A DNA stretch of 64,000 nucleotides from Psammoneis japonica (taxonomy: Eukaryota): contig QPGO01000015.1 of NCBI GenBank assembly GCA_008632985.1, positions 559,998-623,997 of the forward strand, read 5' to 3'. The first letter of the stretch is position 1, and the number at the start of each line of letters is the position of its first letter. This document shows positions 39,392 to 52,869 of this stretch, in pieces. The notes beneath the pieces were generated by a model, which was given only the letters and a program-made list of their open reading frames with translations, ran no database searches and was not told the origin of the DNA. The position numbers and the translations under genes were made by a program.

Positions 39392-40249
39392 GTGTGGTCG
39401 AATCCTTTATAGTGCAACGACAACGTTTTCATTACACCAAAATAAATTAAAAAATATACACGGTATTGCGAATTGCGACTAGAATCTACTTCTGGCTAGT
39501 ACTCCTAACAGGAACAAATCAGCGGCATCTTATCGTTGGTCGTATGTCGTAATAGTTGAGCAAACCACTAGAAGCGGGCACCAGAAAACAGCCACTTTAG
39601 ATATCACGCCAAGACGTTGCGTGGGTAATTGAGAGTGTGCCAGGACAGCGCCTTAATTTGGGAAAGCCTATCGACGCTTGCCGTTGTCATAACGCATAGC
39701 ACGCCGACTGACCATAAAGCATGAAATTCGTTAATTGCTAGTGAGAAGAATGCGGTGCGTACGCATTTATGAACAGCACTGACATATAGAGAATGATCAC
39801 ATCGATGAGGTCTACAAATGCCGTTGTTCTTCTGGAATTGGTCGAAGTTACATTCGAGACACGCCCCGACGATGCGGAGCCTTGCAGAACGTGAGCCTTG
39901 CTAGATTGCCGTCTTTGTTCTTTGGGACCCCAGGATTTTAAGTGTCCGATCAAATGACACTTGATTATATTTATAAATCAGCAAAACATCCAACATCGAC
40001 CCTTGCAATCAAAACGTCACATAGTGCCCGCGGCCTCTCAACTCTCAACGGTGTGGTGTGTTGAAAAGGTCTCAACTGATGACATTCATTGAGTGCATGT
40101 TATTATGATTGCGTGTCAATCAGGATAAAACAAATTTACCATTGTCAATGGTGCACAAAACTATGAAGATTTAGAGTAAACAATGTACTTGCTCAAATTC
40201 ACCATCATTGGCGACCGTTTTGTGATTTGTGAGCTGAGAGTTTTTCGGG

Positions 40250-42735
40250 GGCTCGCACGATGCGGGTACGATGGCCCACACAAACTTCGAAGGTGGAGTT
40301 CCAGCCGGCAGTGCTGGGAGGTAATGGCCCATATTTTCTGTCCAGTGGGCAAGGTTCCATGGGTGCCAGTGAAGGTGGCTGCACATTGAGCAGCCTCTCC
40401 AAGAATTGGCAGAGCCAGATGCTGGACCAATGTGAAAACCCTTTGTGCAATGATCACTTGGGAGGGTGGGACAGTCATCCAACAGGGTGGTTGCCAGTGC
40501 ATGCCAGGCACAGCTGTTTGGCAGCTTTCGTCAGCAAAGCCTTGAGCTTGAACACCTGGGCCAAGCGGGCATGATAAAGGAGATGGCTGTCATCCATGGA
40601 GAGAACATCTGCAGCTTCAAGTTCATCGCAAAGGGCATCAAAGGCATTGTCAAGTGGGGCCAGAGCATTGTTTGTTGGAGCTGGGAATGACAGGGGTTGA
40701 TTGCTTGGCTGGGATGCAAGCTGTGAGCAATTGAGCTTTGCTCAGAACAAAAGTGCTGAGTGTCCCCACAATTGGCTTTTCTCTCTGTGCACTTGTGTGG
40801 GTGAGCCAGAGAATCACTGGCTCATTTTTGGCAACAGGGGTCAAGAACTTTGAGCACTTGGAATTCTTGACAAAGATGCTCATTCATCACTCGATTGTCA
40901 TCCAGTGCCCAGAGAGGAGTCAGCATCAAAAATGAAGGAAAAGTTGTGTCAAGCAATCAAAAAAGGACTCTGATGTGGCTTCTGGCACAGCACAAAGCAT
41001 CCAGACCATGCCCCAGACTGCAGCACAATCTCCTGGTGCTCATTTGGGTGTGGTGTCAGCTTGCACTGTGATTTTGACACATGCTGCAAGGGGGATTTTG
41101 TCATGGATCTTGATCTCACAAAAGAGGAGAGAGAGAGAATGCACATGGCCAAAGGAGCCAAGAATGGAACAACAGCCTGCTGGCCAGTGCAACTGTCCAC
41201 TCAAGTGCACATTGCTCCTCAGCACAGTGAGCAGGTGCAATCTCTTCCATTGGAGGAGAGAGACCAAGCAATGGTGGCTGTGGAAAAAGAGATTTATGAT
41301 CAAGAAAAGGGCAGTGGTGCTGATGATGTGAAGAAGGCACAGCACCAGATGTGCCAAGCTGCCACCTGCTGTTGCTGCAACTCAAGGAGCAAGACACCCA
41401 GAGTTGACAAAACCAGGCATTGACATCACCTCACATTGGCTTGGTGCAATCTTTGATGAGGCAAGAACAGGTGCCTGTTGGGGTTCCAGAGGTGGTGGCA
41501 CAAGTCAAAGAAAAAAGCGGATGATTGATGATTCGCACGATGTGGGTGCGATGGCTTCGAAGGTCAGTTCCAGCTGGTGCTGGGGGGTGACTGGCCCATT
41601 TTCTGTCCAGTGGGCAAGGTTCCATGGGTGCCAGTGAAGGTGGCTGCACATTGTTGAGCAGCCTCTCCCTTCAAGAATTGGCAGAGCTGGATGCTTTGCC
41701 AATGTGAAACCCTTGACACAACAATCACTTGGCCAGGAGGGTGGTGGGACAGTCGTCGAACAGGGCGGTTGCTGGCGAAGCCTTGAGCTTGAACACCTGG
41801 GCCAAGCTGGCATGATGCAGGAGACAGTTGTCATCCATGGGAGAACACATCTGCAGCTTCAAGTTCATCACAAAGGGTGTCAAAGGCATTGTTGTGTGGG
41901 ATCAGAGCATTGTCTGTTGGAGCTGGGAATGACAGGGGTTGATTGCTTGGCTGGGATGCAAGCTGTTTGCAATCAAGCTTGACTCAGAATGAAGATGCTG
42001 AATGTCCCCACAATTGCTTTTCTGTGCACTTGTGTGGGTGAGCCAGAGAGTCACAAGCTCATTTTTTGGGGCAACATGGGTCAAGAACTTTGAGCACTTG
42101 GAATTCTTGACAAAGATGCTCATCCCTTGATTGTTGTCTGGAGAGGAGCCAGCATCCAAAATGAAGGACAACTTATGTCAAGCAATCAAAAAAGGACTCT
42201 GATGTGGCTTCTGGTGCAGCACAAAGCACCCAGACTGTGCCTCAGACTGTGGCACAATCTCCTGCTCATTTGGGTGTGGTGTCAGCTTGCACTGTGATTT
42301 TGACACACATTGCAAGGGGGACTTCATCATGGCTCTTGATCTCACAAGAGAGAGAGAGAGGAAGCACATGGCCAAAGAAGCCAAGAAAAGAGTGACAACC
42401 TGCTGGCCAGTGCAGCTGTCCACTCAAGCACACATTGCTCCTCAGCACAGTGAGCAGGTGCAATCTCTTCTGCTGGAGGAGAGAGACCAAGCAATGGCAG
42501 CTGTGGAAGAAGAGATGGATGATCAAGAAAAGGGTGGTGGCACTGATGATGTGGAGAGGGCACAGCACCAAAGGTGCCAAGCCACCACACCTGCTGTTGC
42601 AACTCAAGGAGCAAGACACCCAGAGTTGACAAAACCAGGTGTCGACATCACCTCACATTGGCTTGGTGCAATCTTTGATGAGGCAAGAACAGGTGCCTGG
42701 TGGGGTTCCAGAGGTGGTGGCACAAGTCAATGAAA
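40250..42735. repeat. Diverged tandem duplication, unit about 1.2 kb
   Basis: gtcaagcaatcaaaaaaggactctgatgtggcttctgg at 40948 and 42177; gacatcacctcacattggcttggtgcaatc at about 41422 and 42644. Confidence 0.9.
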
Positions 42736-45700
42736 AAAAGATGTTTCACACCAGAGAGTGATGCTGACATTTGTGGCCTGAATCAGGAAGTGCGTGAGAG
42801 GAGACTTCTTGTTGTTCTGAGTGCCAACAATGACAAATCCAAAATGCAGTCCTCAAGAAGATTGTTGTGGCTGTTGGTGGGACAACCTTGAGAAAGAGTG
42901 CAAAGCATTTTGTGGTCAAGTTTGCCATGAGATTCATGTCCAAGGACAGACTGTTGTGCCAGCATTCTTTGCCAGTGTGAAGATTTTTGAGTTTGTGTGT
43001 TCAGACACATGGAGCTTGACAAATCACTGAAGAGCCTGGGCAGCTGACATCAAAGTTGTGTGTGCATGTGTGCAATGCCTCCTCAGCCTAAATGGGGCAA
43101 TTGCTGACCCACCCCCCAGTGTAAACTGGGCTGCTGGCACAGGTCTTTCAAGATGTGCCAATGTTCCTTGGAGCCTTCCACCAGCATTGACACTGACAAC
43201 TTGCTTCTTTCTCTGTTCTTGGTGTCATCAGCTTCCTTGCTGAACCCATCTTCTTTCTTGGCAGTGTGACATTCTTGCCACAGGAGATGTTTTTGCCACC
43301 TCAACCACACACTCACAAACCAATTGCAACAATCTTGAAGCACCTCTCTTTCATCCTGATGGATGAGCAGCAACTGCTTCCAAGCCTTGACTGCCTGGAC
43401 ATGCAGGTTTGTCTTCTCATTTGCATTGAACAAGATTGGCTTGAGAGCTTCCAGCAGTGCCACCATGCCCCACTCCTCTGTGACTCTCATGAACTCTCTG
43501 TCACTCCTTCAATCTCATGACCAATGACCTTTGAACATTGTCCCACAATTGTGCTGAAGAGTGCCTTCACCTTCTTCATCTTGCAGGTCACATTTTGTTT
43601 TGCAAAGTGAGTGCATTGCTTGCCCTAAATTCCCTTGTCCTTTTCTGAGGCAGTGTCTCTCAACAGACAATCTGCTGGCTCCTTTGGCATGCTCTCCTGC
43701 CCCAGAGACACTGGCACCTGTGTCTCTAGCCCAAACATTCTTCCAAAACACTTGCTGATCTTCCTCATGGTCTCTGTGTCATGCACCCACTCCTTTTTGA
43801 ATCTTTCATGCTTCTGCACTCAGCTGTGTCCTTGCCCACATTTTCCAGGACTCAAGTTGGAGTTTCACAGCTTGCCAACAGTCGTGTGCTCAGTCTCACT
43901 GACCCCAACACAACCTTGCTGCATCCTCTTTCAGCAGACCCTTGACAGCTTCTTTGATGGCAAGGCCCTCCAGAGATTGTTTCTTTGCCCTTGTCCAGCC
44001 AGCTTGCTTGCCACAATTCACTGACATGACAAGATGTGCCTTGGGACTCATGTTGACTTCCCAGCCTTTTCCTTTGAATTCTTGATGACTTCCCAGCCTT
44101 TGAATGACACCACTTCTTTGAGTGTCATTCCACGACTTTTCAGCTTCTGTGTTGGAGTTTCATGGCTTGCTGACCAGCACATGCTCAGTCTCCCTGACAC
44201 CAAAGTCACCATGTGGCTTGACTGCAAACACACCCCTGATGCCACCAACCGACTGTTGCTGTGTCAACCAGGTGCAGAAGCCAAAAAGTGAGCACAAGAC
44301 CTGAAACCCAAACCAAGTTGCAAGTGCAAATTCACCATGTTGTCCACAATCATCAGCACATCTTACACTGCAACTTTGTCTGTCCTGTGAACACTGCTCC
44401 AAAACCCCAATGTTCCAACAAAATGGTGCAGGCAACCAACTTAAAGGCTCGACACAAGAGCAAATTTTCAATGGCACAACTGATTTGAAAGCAGCAGCAA
44501 ATGTTGCAACACTTGGTTTGGCCACTGGAAAAAAATGATGAAATGACATGCAACATTTTTGTTCAAACTCAAGATGTGTGCCAGCAAAGTTTTGAAGGAC
44601 CTTCTCAATTTTCATGCATCATGTGCAGCACCTGGACTGCCTGCCTGCCATGATGGTGCCAGTGCCAGTGTGCACTTCTGCTGCACAATCATGTGTGTGC
44701 ACACAAGACCAGGGCTCTGCATGTCTGTGGGCCGTGCCCCCCAGAAGGGCTGCTTGTTTTGATGACATGTGAGAGCCTTGGAAACAGACATGAATTTGCT
44801 CTCCCCATGTGTTCACCACACAGCTTGTGTGCCAGGCAGTGAAAATGAGCTGTTTTCATGGCAACTCACTCAGCCAGCAGACATGCTCCAGCTCCAAGTG
44901 GGACCTGCCTCACTCTGCTGAACTGTGACATCAGAGTTTTTTTTCATGTGCCCCCCCCCGCAGAGTTTTTTTCATGTGCCCCTGCATGTCATGCACTTGC
45001 AATGCACATGCTTTTTTCCACAAAATTTGTTTCATGTTCTCTGTTTTGCAAAGCCACAGGCTTTTTGGTTGTGTCCATTTGTGAGAGGCAGCAAAGATCA
45101 AGAATGAAAGAGGAGATGCAATCTTACAAAATTGCCTCTTTTTCTGTTGGCGATCATCCATGCATTCATTGCCCACCAATGCACTTGCTGTGGAGCTTGT
45201 GCACAAAATTGCATGGGCCCAATGCAATGGGCAGTCTCACCCATGGCTGGAACATGCCAGCAGTGACTCTAAATGTGCACATTGTTTTTGACTTGCACCT
45301 CTTGCACGTGGCACACACATGCCTGCACAGTCTAACATCCATGCACTGTGTGCTCACATGAGATGATGCTTCCTCTGGCAAGTGACATGTGTTCACAAAG
45401 AAAGGCGCAAGTGTCATTTTGTTGAGGCCACAGATCACAGGAGAGTGCTGCTTCCACATCAATTTTTCTTTGTTGCCATTTTGTGCCACCTTTTTGCCCC
45501 ACAAAAAACTGCCAAATGGCCCTGTTGAATCTCTTCTGTTGGCCCCACTGTGGCCCACAATGCCAGTTTGATTTAATGGCAAAATGATGCAGGTGCTCTC
45601 ACGCTGATCCCAAGTGCATGCAACACAATTTTCCAGAGCTGTTGCCTTGTGCAAAACAGTGCTGCTCAAGGTGCAACTCTGACCTGGGATCAAACACCTC

Positions 45701-47500
45701 TCAGCTCTGTTCCAGCTCTGCCATGAGACACACTTGAGCATCCTAACATGAGCAGCACAAGTCATTGGCCAGCACAGAAAGCTCATTGTGACTCCAAAAA
45801 TTGGCCAGGTTGCATGGTTGCACCTGTTTGTCCCAACAACATGTGGCATCTTGCACCTCAGATTCTGCTTTGCTGGATCAAGAAGGTGCTCAATCACCTC
45901 CATCTGAGTCATGAACATGCTGGAAAAACTTCTGGATTTTGCAATGAAGTGTTTGCAAGTCCTCAGCACAACCATCCCCTCCAACACTTGTTGGCTGTGA
46001 ACAAATGACTGGGCAATTGTCCCTCCAGATGATGGTTGCAAATGGGATGAACTGACAGCCACACTGCCCCCCCCCCTGCAAAGAATGTTGTCCCCCACTT
46101 TTAAGCCCTTGCTTTTCAAGACTTTCCCAACCTTGCAAGTTAAAAATGCACTTTCTTGTTTCAATGCCTTGGCTCCTTTGACAAATGGCAGTTGGTCCTC
46201 CTCCATGAGCTGCTCCAACAATGGCACTTGCAGCTCAGTGTCCTGGTGGAAATGTTCCCCAGGATTGGAGAATCTTTGCTGCCTTTTGAAGCACTCATGT
46301 GCAGCAAGCACCAGAGCATGCTTTTCATCAGAGTTGAACCCCATTTTGTTTTGCTCCAGCACCCATTTGTGCATCATCCAATCAGTGGCAGCTTTTGATG
46401 CACCTCAAGTGTGAGCATGAGGATCTGCAAGTGGATTTGCCCCTTTGTTCTTGACCTTGGATGGGGTCAATGTATTTGCAACATTGTGAATGTCACACAA
46501 CAGTCTTCTCTCTGGAGTCTCAAGTTTTAAATTGTTTGTCTCAGCAAGAGCAGCCCACCTGGCAGTGGAGTCCTTGGACCTGTTCATCCACCCCCTCTCC
46601 TTTGGTCATCCTTGTCCAAGGTGCTCCAGCGCTGGGTGCTTCTTCCTGACCCCACTCATCACTCAATCTTTTTGCCTTTGGAAGCAGACCTGCAGCACCT
46701 TTTGGTCTTTGTTGTGCTTCTGTTGCTGCTGTTTTTCCACCATGATGCCATGAAGTCAAGCCCATGTGTTGTGTTGTGTCGTCAAAGTTGGCAGTCATTG
46801 AGCTTTGTTTGCTGAATGCCAACAAGTGCTCACAGACAACAATGCTGGAGAGAGTTGACTTGATGTGACACCAATGCTGGCTCTGTTGCTCACATGGCAC
46901 AAATGACATCAACAGCTCTTGTGTTGACATCAAGTGATCAGACAGACCCAGCTCTTCCTGTTGGGCAATCTCCCATGCAGCACTCTGGCACAACCTGCAC
47001 CAATCATGCACAACCTGTGCAAACACTTGGTTTCAGTTCAGGAGGGTCCATGGTGTGAAAGTGTTGGGGTTGGAGGAAACAAGTGCTGCAGAGCTGCTGG
47101 CCATTGTTGTTGTTGGTGTGTGTGGTGTGTTGTGATGTTGTGCTGATGGTGGCTGCTTTTTGTGGAATTTCCATCCAAGCTGATCACAAACAGACAAAAA
47201 ACTTCAACTTGCAAACCTGGCAGGATGAACCAACCCCAGCTGACAACCCAAAAAGGGAACACTGTGGTGGTTTGGAGCTGTCTCCAGCAAAGCCTGATTC
47301 AAAGAAACCAAGAGCAGAGACTCAAGCCCTGGCGGTGCTTCACAGCACAAAAACATGAGATTCCAAGAAAGCAAGCAAGAAGACATTTTGCAATTTCACC
47401 TTGATGTCAACTTGTCAAACTCTTGGTTGCTCACATTGCAAAATTGACCCTGCTTGTGGTTCAAGTGACAGGAAGTTGGGTGAAAAGCCCGGGAAACTCA
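42735..47500. mobile_element. Decayed repeat-derived DNA, TpA/CpG-depleted, family unresolved
   Basis: Same dinucleotide signature; includes a 403-aa ORF (45166-46377) with no Tyr. Confidence 0.5.
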
Positions 47501-47579
47501 CAACCTCTCTCCAAGGACCAGCCTTCTGCTGTCAAAAATTTGTCAATTTATCAGCAACTCACCCACCCCTGATGTCAAC

Positions 47580-50500
47580 AATGAAGGAGACAAAAACAAG
47601 GCCAATGCCAAAGCCAACAAGCAAGGAAAAAACTGCATCCAACAATCAAGAGAAAGATTTGATGAGGGAAAAGATGGCAAGGAGGTCAGTGCTGTTGCCT
47701 CAAGCAAGAAAAAGAGCACAGGAGGAGAGCCATTGCAACCCATCCAGTGATTTCAAATCAGATGCTGAGTGCACCATTTTCAAGGTGCGTGGCAAAACAC
47801 ATCACCTTGATGATGGCACTCATTTGGGTGGTGGTGGCATGTTGGATGACAAAATTTGGCAGTGACGCTGGTGCCGGCTGACAATGCCCTGCCTGTCACA
47901 GCAGCGCAATGTTCCAAATGGTTCTGCACAAAAACAACTCATTGCAATGCCAGCAGAGCTGCCACATGGAGTCAAGACAAGGAAGTGGAGTTTGAAGGGG
48001 TTGTGGTGTTCCAGATTGTTGTGGTTTTGCAATGTGGTCACAACACAAAGGGAGCCAAGGACATGTGTGAACCCTTCTCACAAGGCACATCATGGATGAC
48101 TGAGATGTGGAGAAACACAAGATGCTTGTCTGGTCCATGGAATGACTGCTTGCCAGTGATCCAAAATTCATTCAGAAGGATGAGATGCCAGAGCAGCAAG
48201 CCAGGACATTCAAATGAATGGCACTGTGAGGAAACCTGCTTGTTGCCACAGTGTGGTGCACTTCAGAGCATGAAAAAGGTGGAGAGCTTGCGCCACATGA
48301 CATTGATGAGAAGACCAAAAGGACACCATGTTTGAGGTTCTAAAGTGAAAACACCCAAACTCAAGGATTCTGGAAGAAGATCATTTTCACATGTTTGACA
48401 AGCTGTCCAAATTCCAAGATGTTGTTGTCACTGACAGGAGTGCTGTTGAGACCTTTGTGCAGAAACTGCCAGGGTCAGGGAGTGTGGGGCTTGCCAGCTT
48501 GGGGGGTCAGACACCAGTGCAGTGCCCAGTGGCTGCTGCATCATGAAAAAGATGGTGGGTTGCTTGGGACATGTGCACATTTGCAAATTGGCCAGCAAAT
48601 GAATCTCCTTCTCAGGCAGCCTGCTGGGCACTCATGGCAAAGCAACCACTCACACTGGACAAAAATCCGGGCATTCAGCATTGGCAAGAATTGACAAGCC
48701 ATGGTCACAGCTCACAGCTGTTTTTTGTTGCCAGAGCAGAGGTCAAAGAGGCTTGTGGCACACAGGTCAGCTGTGCATGGGATTGGAAGCAAGAGCCAAA
48801 AGTGGAGTTTGCATGATGAACTTGCTCTGGGAGCAACACAAGTTTGAAAACAACCACAATTTTCCACTCACCAGTTTTCCACCCACCAATGCCTCCAGCA
48901 GCTTCAACAAGCACAGTGGGATCTTGATCATGTGCAATGCAAGGCAATTCTGGTGATCTGGAGCAAGATTTGCCTTCAACTGCTGTGCATGCATGGGAGC
49001 ATCCCAATCATCTGCAGCCACTCCTGTGGCATGGTTGCCATCCCTTTCAGCAGGAGAGGGTGTCACTCAAGGCAGTCCACTCAGTGTGGCAACACATGGG
49101 CTGGGACTTCTTCCATTGGCATGCAAATTGAGTGAGCAGCTTGCCAGTGCATTCACCTTGTGGCACACAGACAACTCTGCAGCAACAGGCAAGTTCAAAG
49201 TTCTCTGAGAGTTCTTTTTGACCCTGTGTGCTGTCGGACCACAAAGCACGGGGGCTGCCCTGCCAAAGACTCACTCCAAGAACATCCCAGCAGCTCCAGA
49301 GCACATTCTGGACAATGCAAAGAGTTTTTTTGGAGACCTTGGAATCACTGTCACTGCAGGCAACCACCGCCTTGGAGGCTTTGTTGGCAAGAAGGCAGCT
49401 TTTGACACATGGACAGCAATGAAATCCAAGGCATGACATGCAGTCATCCAGGGTCCAGCCAAAATGGCAATTCACCACCTGCAGACCACTTGTGCAGGTC
49501 TTCAAAAGTCCCTGCAGTGCAAGTGGCAATGCATCCAATGTGCAGCAAAGGGCTGTGGCGAGTCATTCCCCAATGCAGAAGATGTGATTGCATTCCAGTT
49601 CCTCCCAGAGAGCCAATTGCCAAGACCTCAGCTAAAGACAACAACCCAAAATTTGCCACCTCGCCCACACTTCCAACCAATTTGCAGGACTGTCCATCCC
49701 TCATCCAGTGGAGTCAATGAAGCAAAACTTTGAAGAGAGTGCTCTCAGCACTCACTTTGCTGTTGCTCCAAAAAGTTCTTCTCAGTGATGGTCTTCACAA
49801 GGACATGATTCAAGATGAGAATCGGGAACCAGCTGAAAGGAAAGCCAAGTTGCATGAGGAAAAATTTAAAATTTGTCTCCGTCCTCCACCCAATGAGATG
49901 GCCCAAGCATCAAGGTGTGGCGCCAATGCCAGTTCACAGCTGTCAGCACCCCCATTTTTGCCAAATGAAGCAGAGCTGGTCATCTTCTTTTGCCAAGAGT
50001 TCCAAGATGCCCCACATGTGCAATGTGGCCATGAGCCTCCAGACCAACTCAAAACATGTGATGGGTCATGTGATTGTAAATGTTCTGTCCAACATTCCCT
50101 TCAATGCAAGAAGGGCAGCCCAGTGATCTCATGACATGTTGAGGTGCATGATGAGTTTAGCAACTTGTTGACCAAGGCTGCCAACCAAGCCATCAGCTGC
50201 TCATCATGAACCAGCCATCAACCCTGGTCACACCATCAGAAAAGTCCTTCAGCCAATGGCAAATCTTGCAGTTTGGTCTGCAAGCACCTGCAAATGGAGA
50301 CCATGGAGACACTCTGCAATGAGGCTGGTGGGAATGCATGACAGCCAGACACCATGTTCTTTGACATCAGAGTTGCCAGTGTGGGTGCCAATCCTCCCCA
50401 CCTTTCCAAGACTCCAGAACATGCCCTGTTGGACCACAAGAAGGAGAACAAGTGTGAGTGTCTCAAGCCATGCCTTGAGAGCAGCATTGTCACTTCACCC

Positions 50501-50850
50501 CCTCTTCACAGTGTCATGCCATGAGTTGTTGGGCAAGGAAGCCAAAGCACCAGCCCTCTGGTGGGCTTTGTCAAAGCTTTCAGACTGATGGCAGAAGCCA
50601 CACTAGATTCGTCAATGCCAGAATGAGCATGGCAACATTGAGGGCTGCTCACCATTCTGTCCAAGAGGCTCAAGAATCCCCTGATCCCAGATCATCCTGC
50701 CAGAGGCACCCTCTCTCTGGGAGGGCAGTGCTGGTCCATCCTTGTGCAGGCACCAGTCTGCTTCCTGCACCAGTTGGCAACATGGCATCGAGGCTCAGCC
50801 TTGACACACCCAAGATCAAGGATGCAACCAAATGTCATCCCCCAAGACCC
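47580..50850 (+). mobile_element. Decayed non-LTR retrotransposon (RT plus C-terminal zinc knuckle/restriction-like endonuclease, CRE-like)
   Basis: LDKNPGI, EVKEACGT-QLC, EGVTQGSPLS, WHTDN (inferred WYADD, 49161-49175), HRLGGFVG, AGLQKSLQCKWQ, CDG..C..SVQHSLQCKKG and RFVNARMSMATLRAAH, in several frames. Confidence 0.85.
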
Positions 50851-52099
50851 CCAACACCACAGGGCTTCAGTTTAAAATGTTGGTGGTGCCAGAGGCAGAT
50901 CACTCAAATTTTCATGTGCAGCACTCAAAACGTCACTCATGCAAGACCCAATTTCTGCATTTGCACATGAAATTAACTGTGCAAATCCACTTTTTGCTTG
51001 TGACTTTCAGGAGGAAGCAATGTCTTGTGATGTCCTTGCTTGTGCACATGAACTGCATTTTGGTTCATGTGCACTTCAGGGTGTGTGCACCCTGCACAAA
51101 ATGCTGCACAGATTTGTGCCAAGTGAATCTGCGCGCAACTCCAGTGCAGTGGACAGCTGTTTTCATGTGTGTCTGACACAAAAGCTGCATGTTTGCACCA
51201 CTTGAAACTTGTCCACTGAGCCAGCAGTCATTTGCTGGCCATTGTGAAAAACATTTTGTCTCTGAGAAAGAGCATGTTGAGGCCAGCAAACAACACACCC
51301 CATGATGCAACTGGTGGAAAATCTGCACAAATGCACAGAAACCAGCATGTGGCTTCTGTGCAAAGCAGAGCTTGAAAAAATGAGCAGGGGCATTGAACAT
51401 TTGATGATGGATTCAAACATCTCACTTGCACCGAAGCCCCAAACTGCTTCAAAAATGCAGCATGCTCCACAGTGCTGCCAGCATGACAGCAATCTTTCAT
51501 GCTGCACAGTCATTGCACAGAAACCATGTGTGGACCAGCACTGAGAAAAACTCAAAATTGACTTTCCATCTTCTGCAGTGAATTTTGTTTCCATCAAAAA
51601 TGGAGAACACTTGCAACTGATCAGGTGCATTTTAGATCAACACATTTGCAACAATGGAGGTGGTCAGCAAAGCACTGCAGCAACTTCTTTGTTGGGGCAA
51701 ATGCCGCCACAACTTTCCTTGCAAAAAACAAATCTGCAGTGCCAGATCAAACACAAGAAACCACACAGCAATGTGTGACAGAGGCAGGAAGACTGTTCAC
51801 CAATCACACCACTGCTTCAAAAGTTCAGAGGCAAGAAGAAGAACATGAGGTCACAAAGTGTCTCAGTGTTGATTGCTTCCCTGGAGGTGTTTGAAGCTAA
51901 AGGCCCTCCTCATCTGTTGTCTCAGAGGGACATTTCCAGTCTTTGCACCCAGTCCTCTTCATTCCATGTTCAATGCACTTGCACAGCTGCAACAAAAAAT
52001 GAAATTTTTGTGAGATGTGTGCATTTTGAGAGACACAAGTTTAAAACTTGGTTGACATTGCATCGAGCCAGAGCATTGTGGGAGAAAAAGAACAGATGA

Positions 52100-52865
52100 G
52101 AATGCCACAAAATTCAGCATCACTGAAAAAGAGGGTGCACACAGAAGATTGGCAGGTGGAAGGCTGGAGTTGGAGGAGAATTGGGAGCAACCTGCACCAC
52201 ACATGAAGAACAAATGAAGTTAAATTGCAGGATTCTGTGCTGATGCTGCAGTTCCTGCGGGGTTGTTCTGGGTGCTGCAGGATTCACACGGGGCTCCATT
52301 GAAACAAGAATGGAGGGGTTGGTCAATTTGGGCTGGAGTTCATTGAGTGCACAGGTGAATCCAATGGAGCCACAAAGGACCTGCACTGCCCCTCCTCTGA
52401 TGCAACCATGAAGCAGTGGAATGAGCTGCCAACTCCCTTTGAGCATTCTGAGAAGAAGAATCCACAGAAGGGTGAGTGCTGGGTGTGCAAGCTGTGCAAT
52501 GATCCTGCAGATCCAGACAGTTCCATGCACAAGCTGAGTTTGCCACACTTTCCTGTGGGAATGTGAGAGAAGTGGACACTCTTCAAGCACAACTCAGGCA
52601 CTGAGCCTGGGGTTGATGTCATGCTCGTGACACTCACAGAAGAAATCAGATGTCAGGAGGATGTGATCATCAAGGATGGAATCCACAAGAATCACATTGT
52701 TCATGACATGGCAGCAATGACAGTTGCCAAATTCATCAAAGAGGTTGGACACGGCATCACACCATTTCTTGGCATCTGTGAACTGGTGGTCAAGCACAGA
52801 TGGGTCCCAGGTGTCATCACCGGGGAGAACCACACAGGGCAGATCATCCCTTTTTTGTTGCAGGT
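52100..52865 (-). mobile_element. Inverted fragment of a Ty1/copia (CoDi-like) pol, pre-integrase/integrase region
   Basis: LPCVVLPGDDTWDPSVLDHQF...WCDA...FDEFGNC resembles the CoDi LPHVVLT.D..WDPSVLD...FDEFGNY segment. QNPA remnant near 52230. Confidence 0.6.
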
Positions 52866-52869
52866 GTGA

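Noticed and set aside
45166..46377. 403-aa ORF, and the many overlapping 60-200 aa ORFs in the depleted blocks
   Set aside because: Loss of TA removes TAA/TAG stops and lengthens ORFs in all frames. The products lack Tyr, are Cys/His-rich and show no convincing intact domain.
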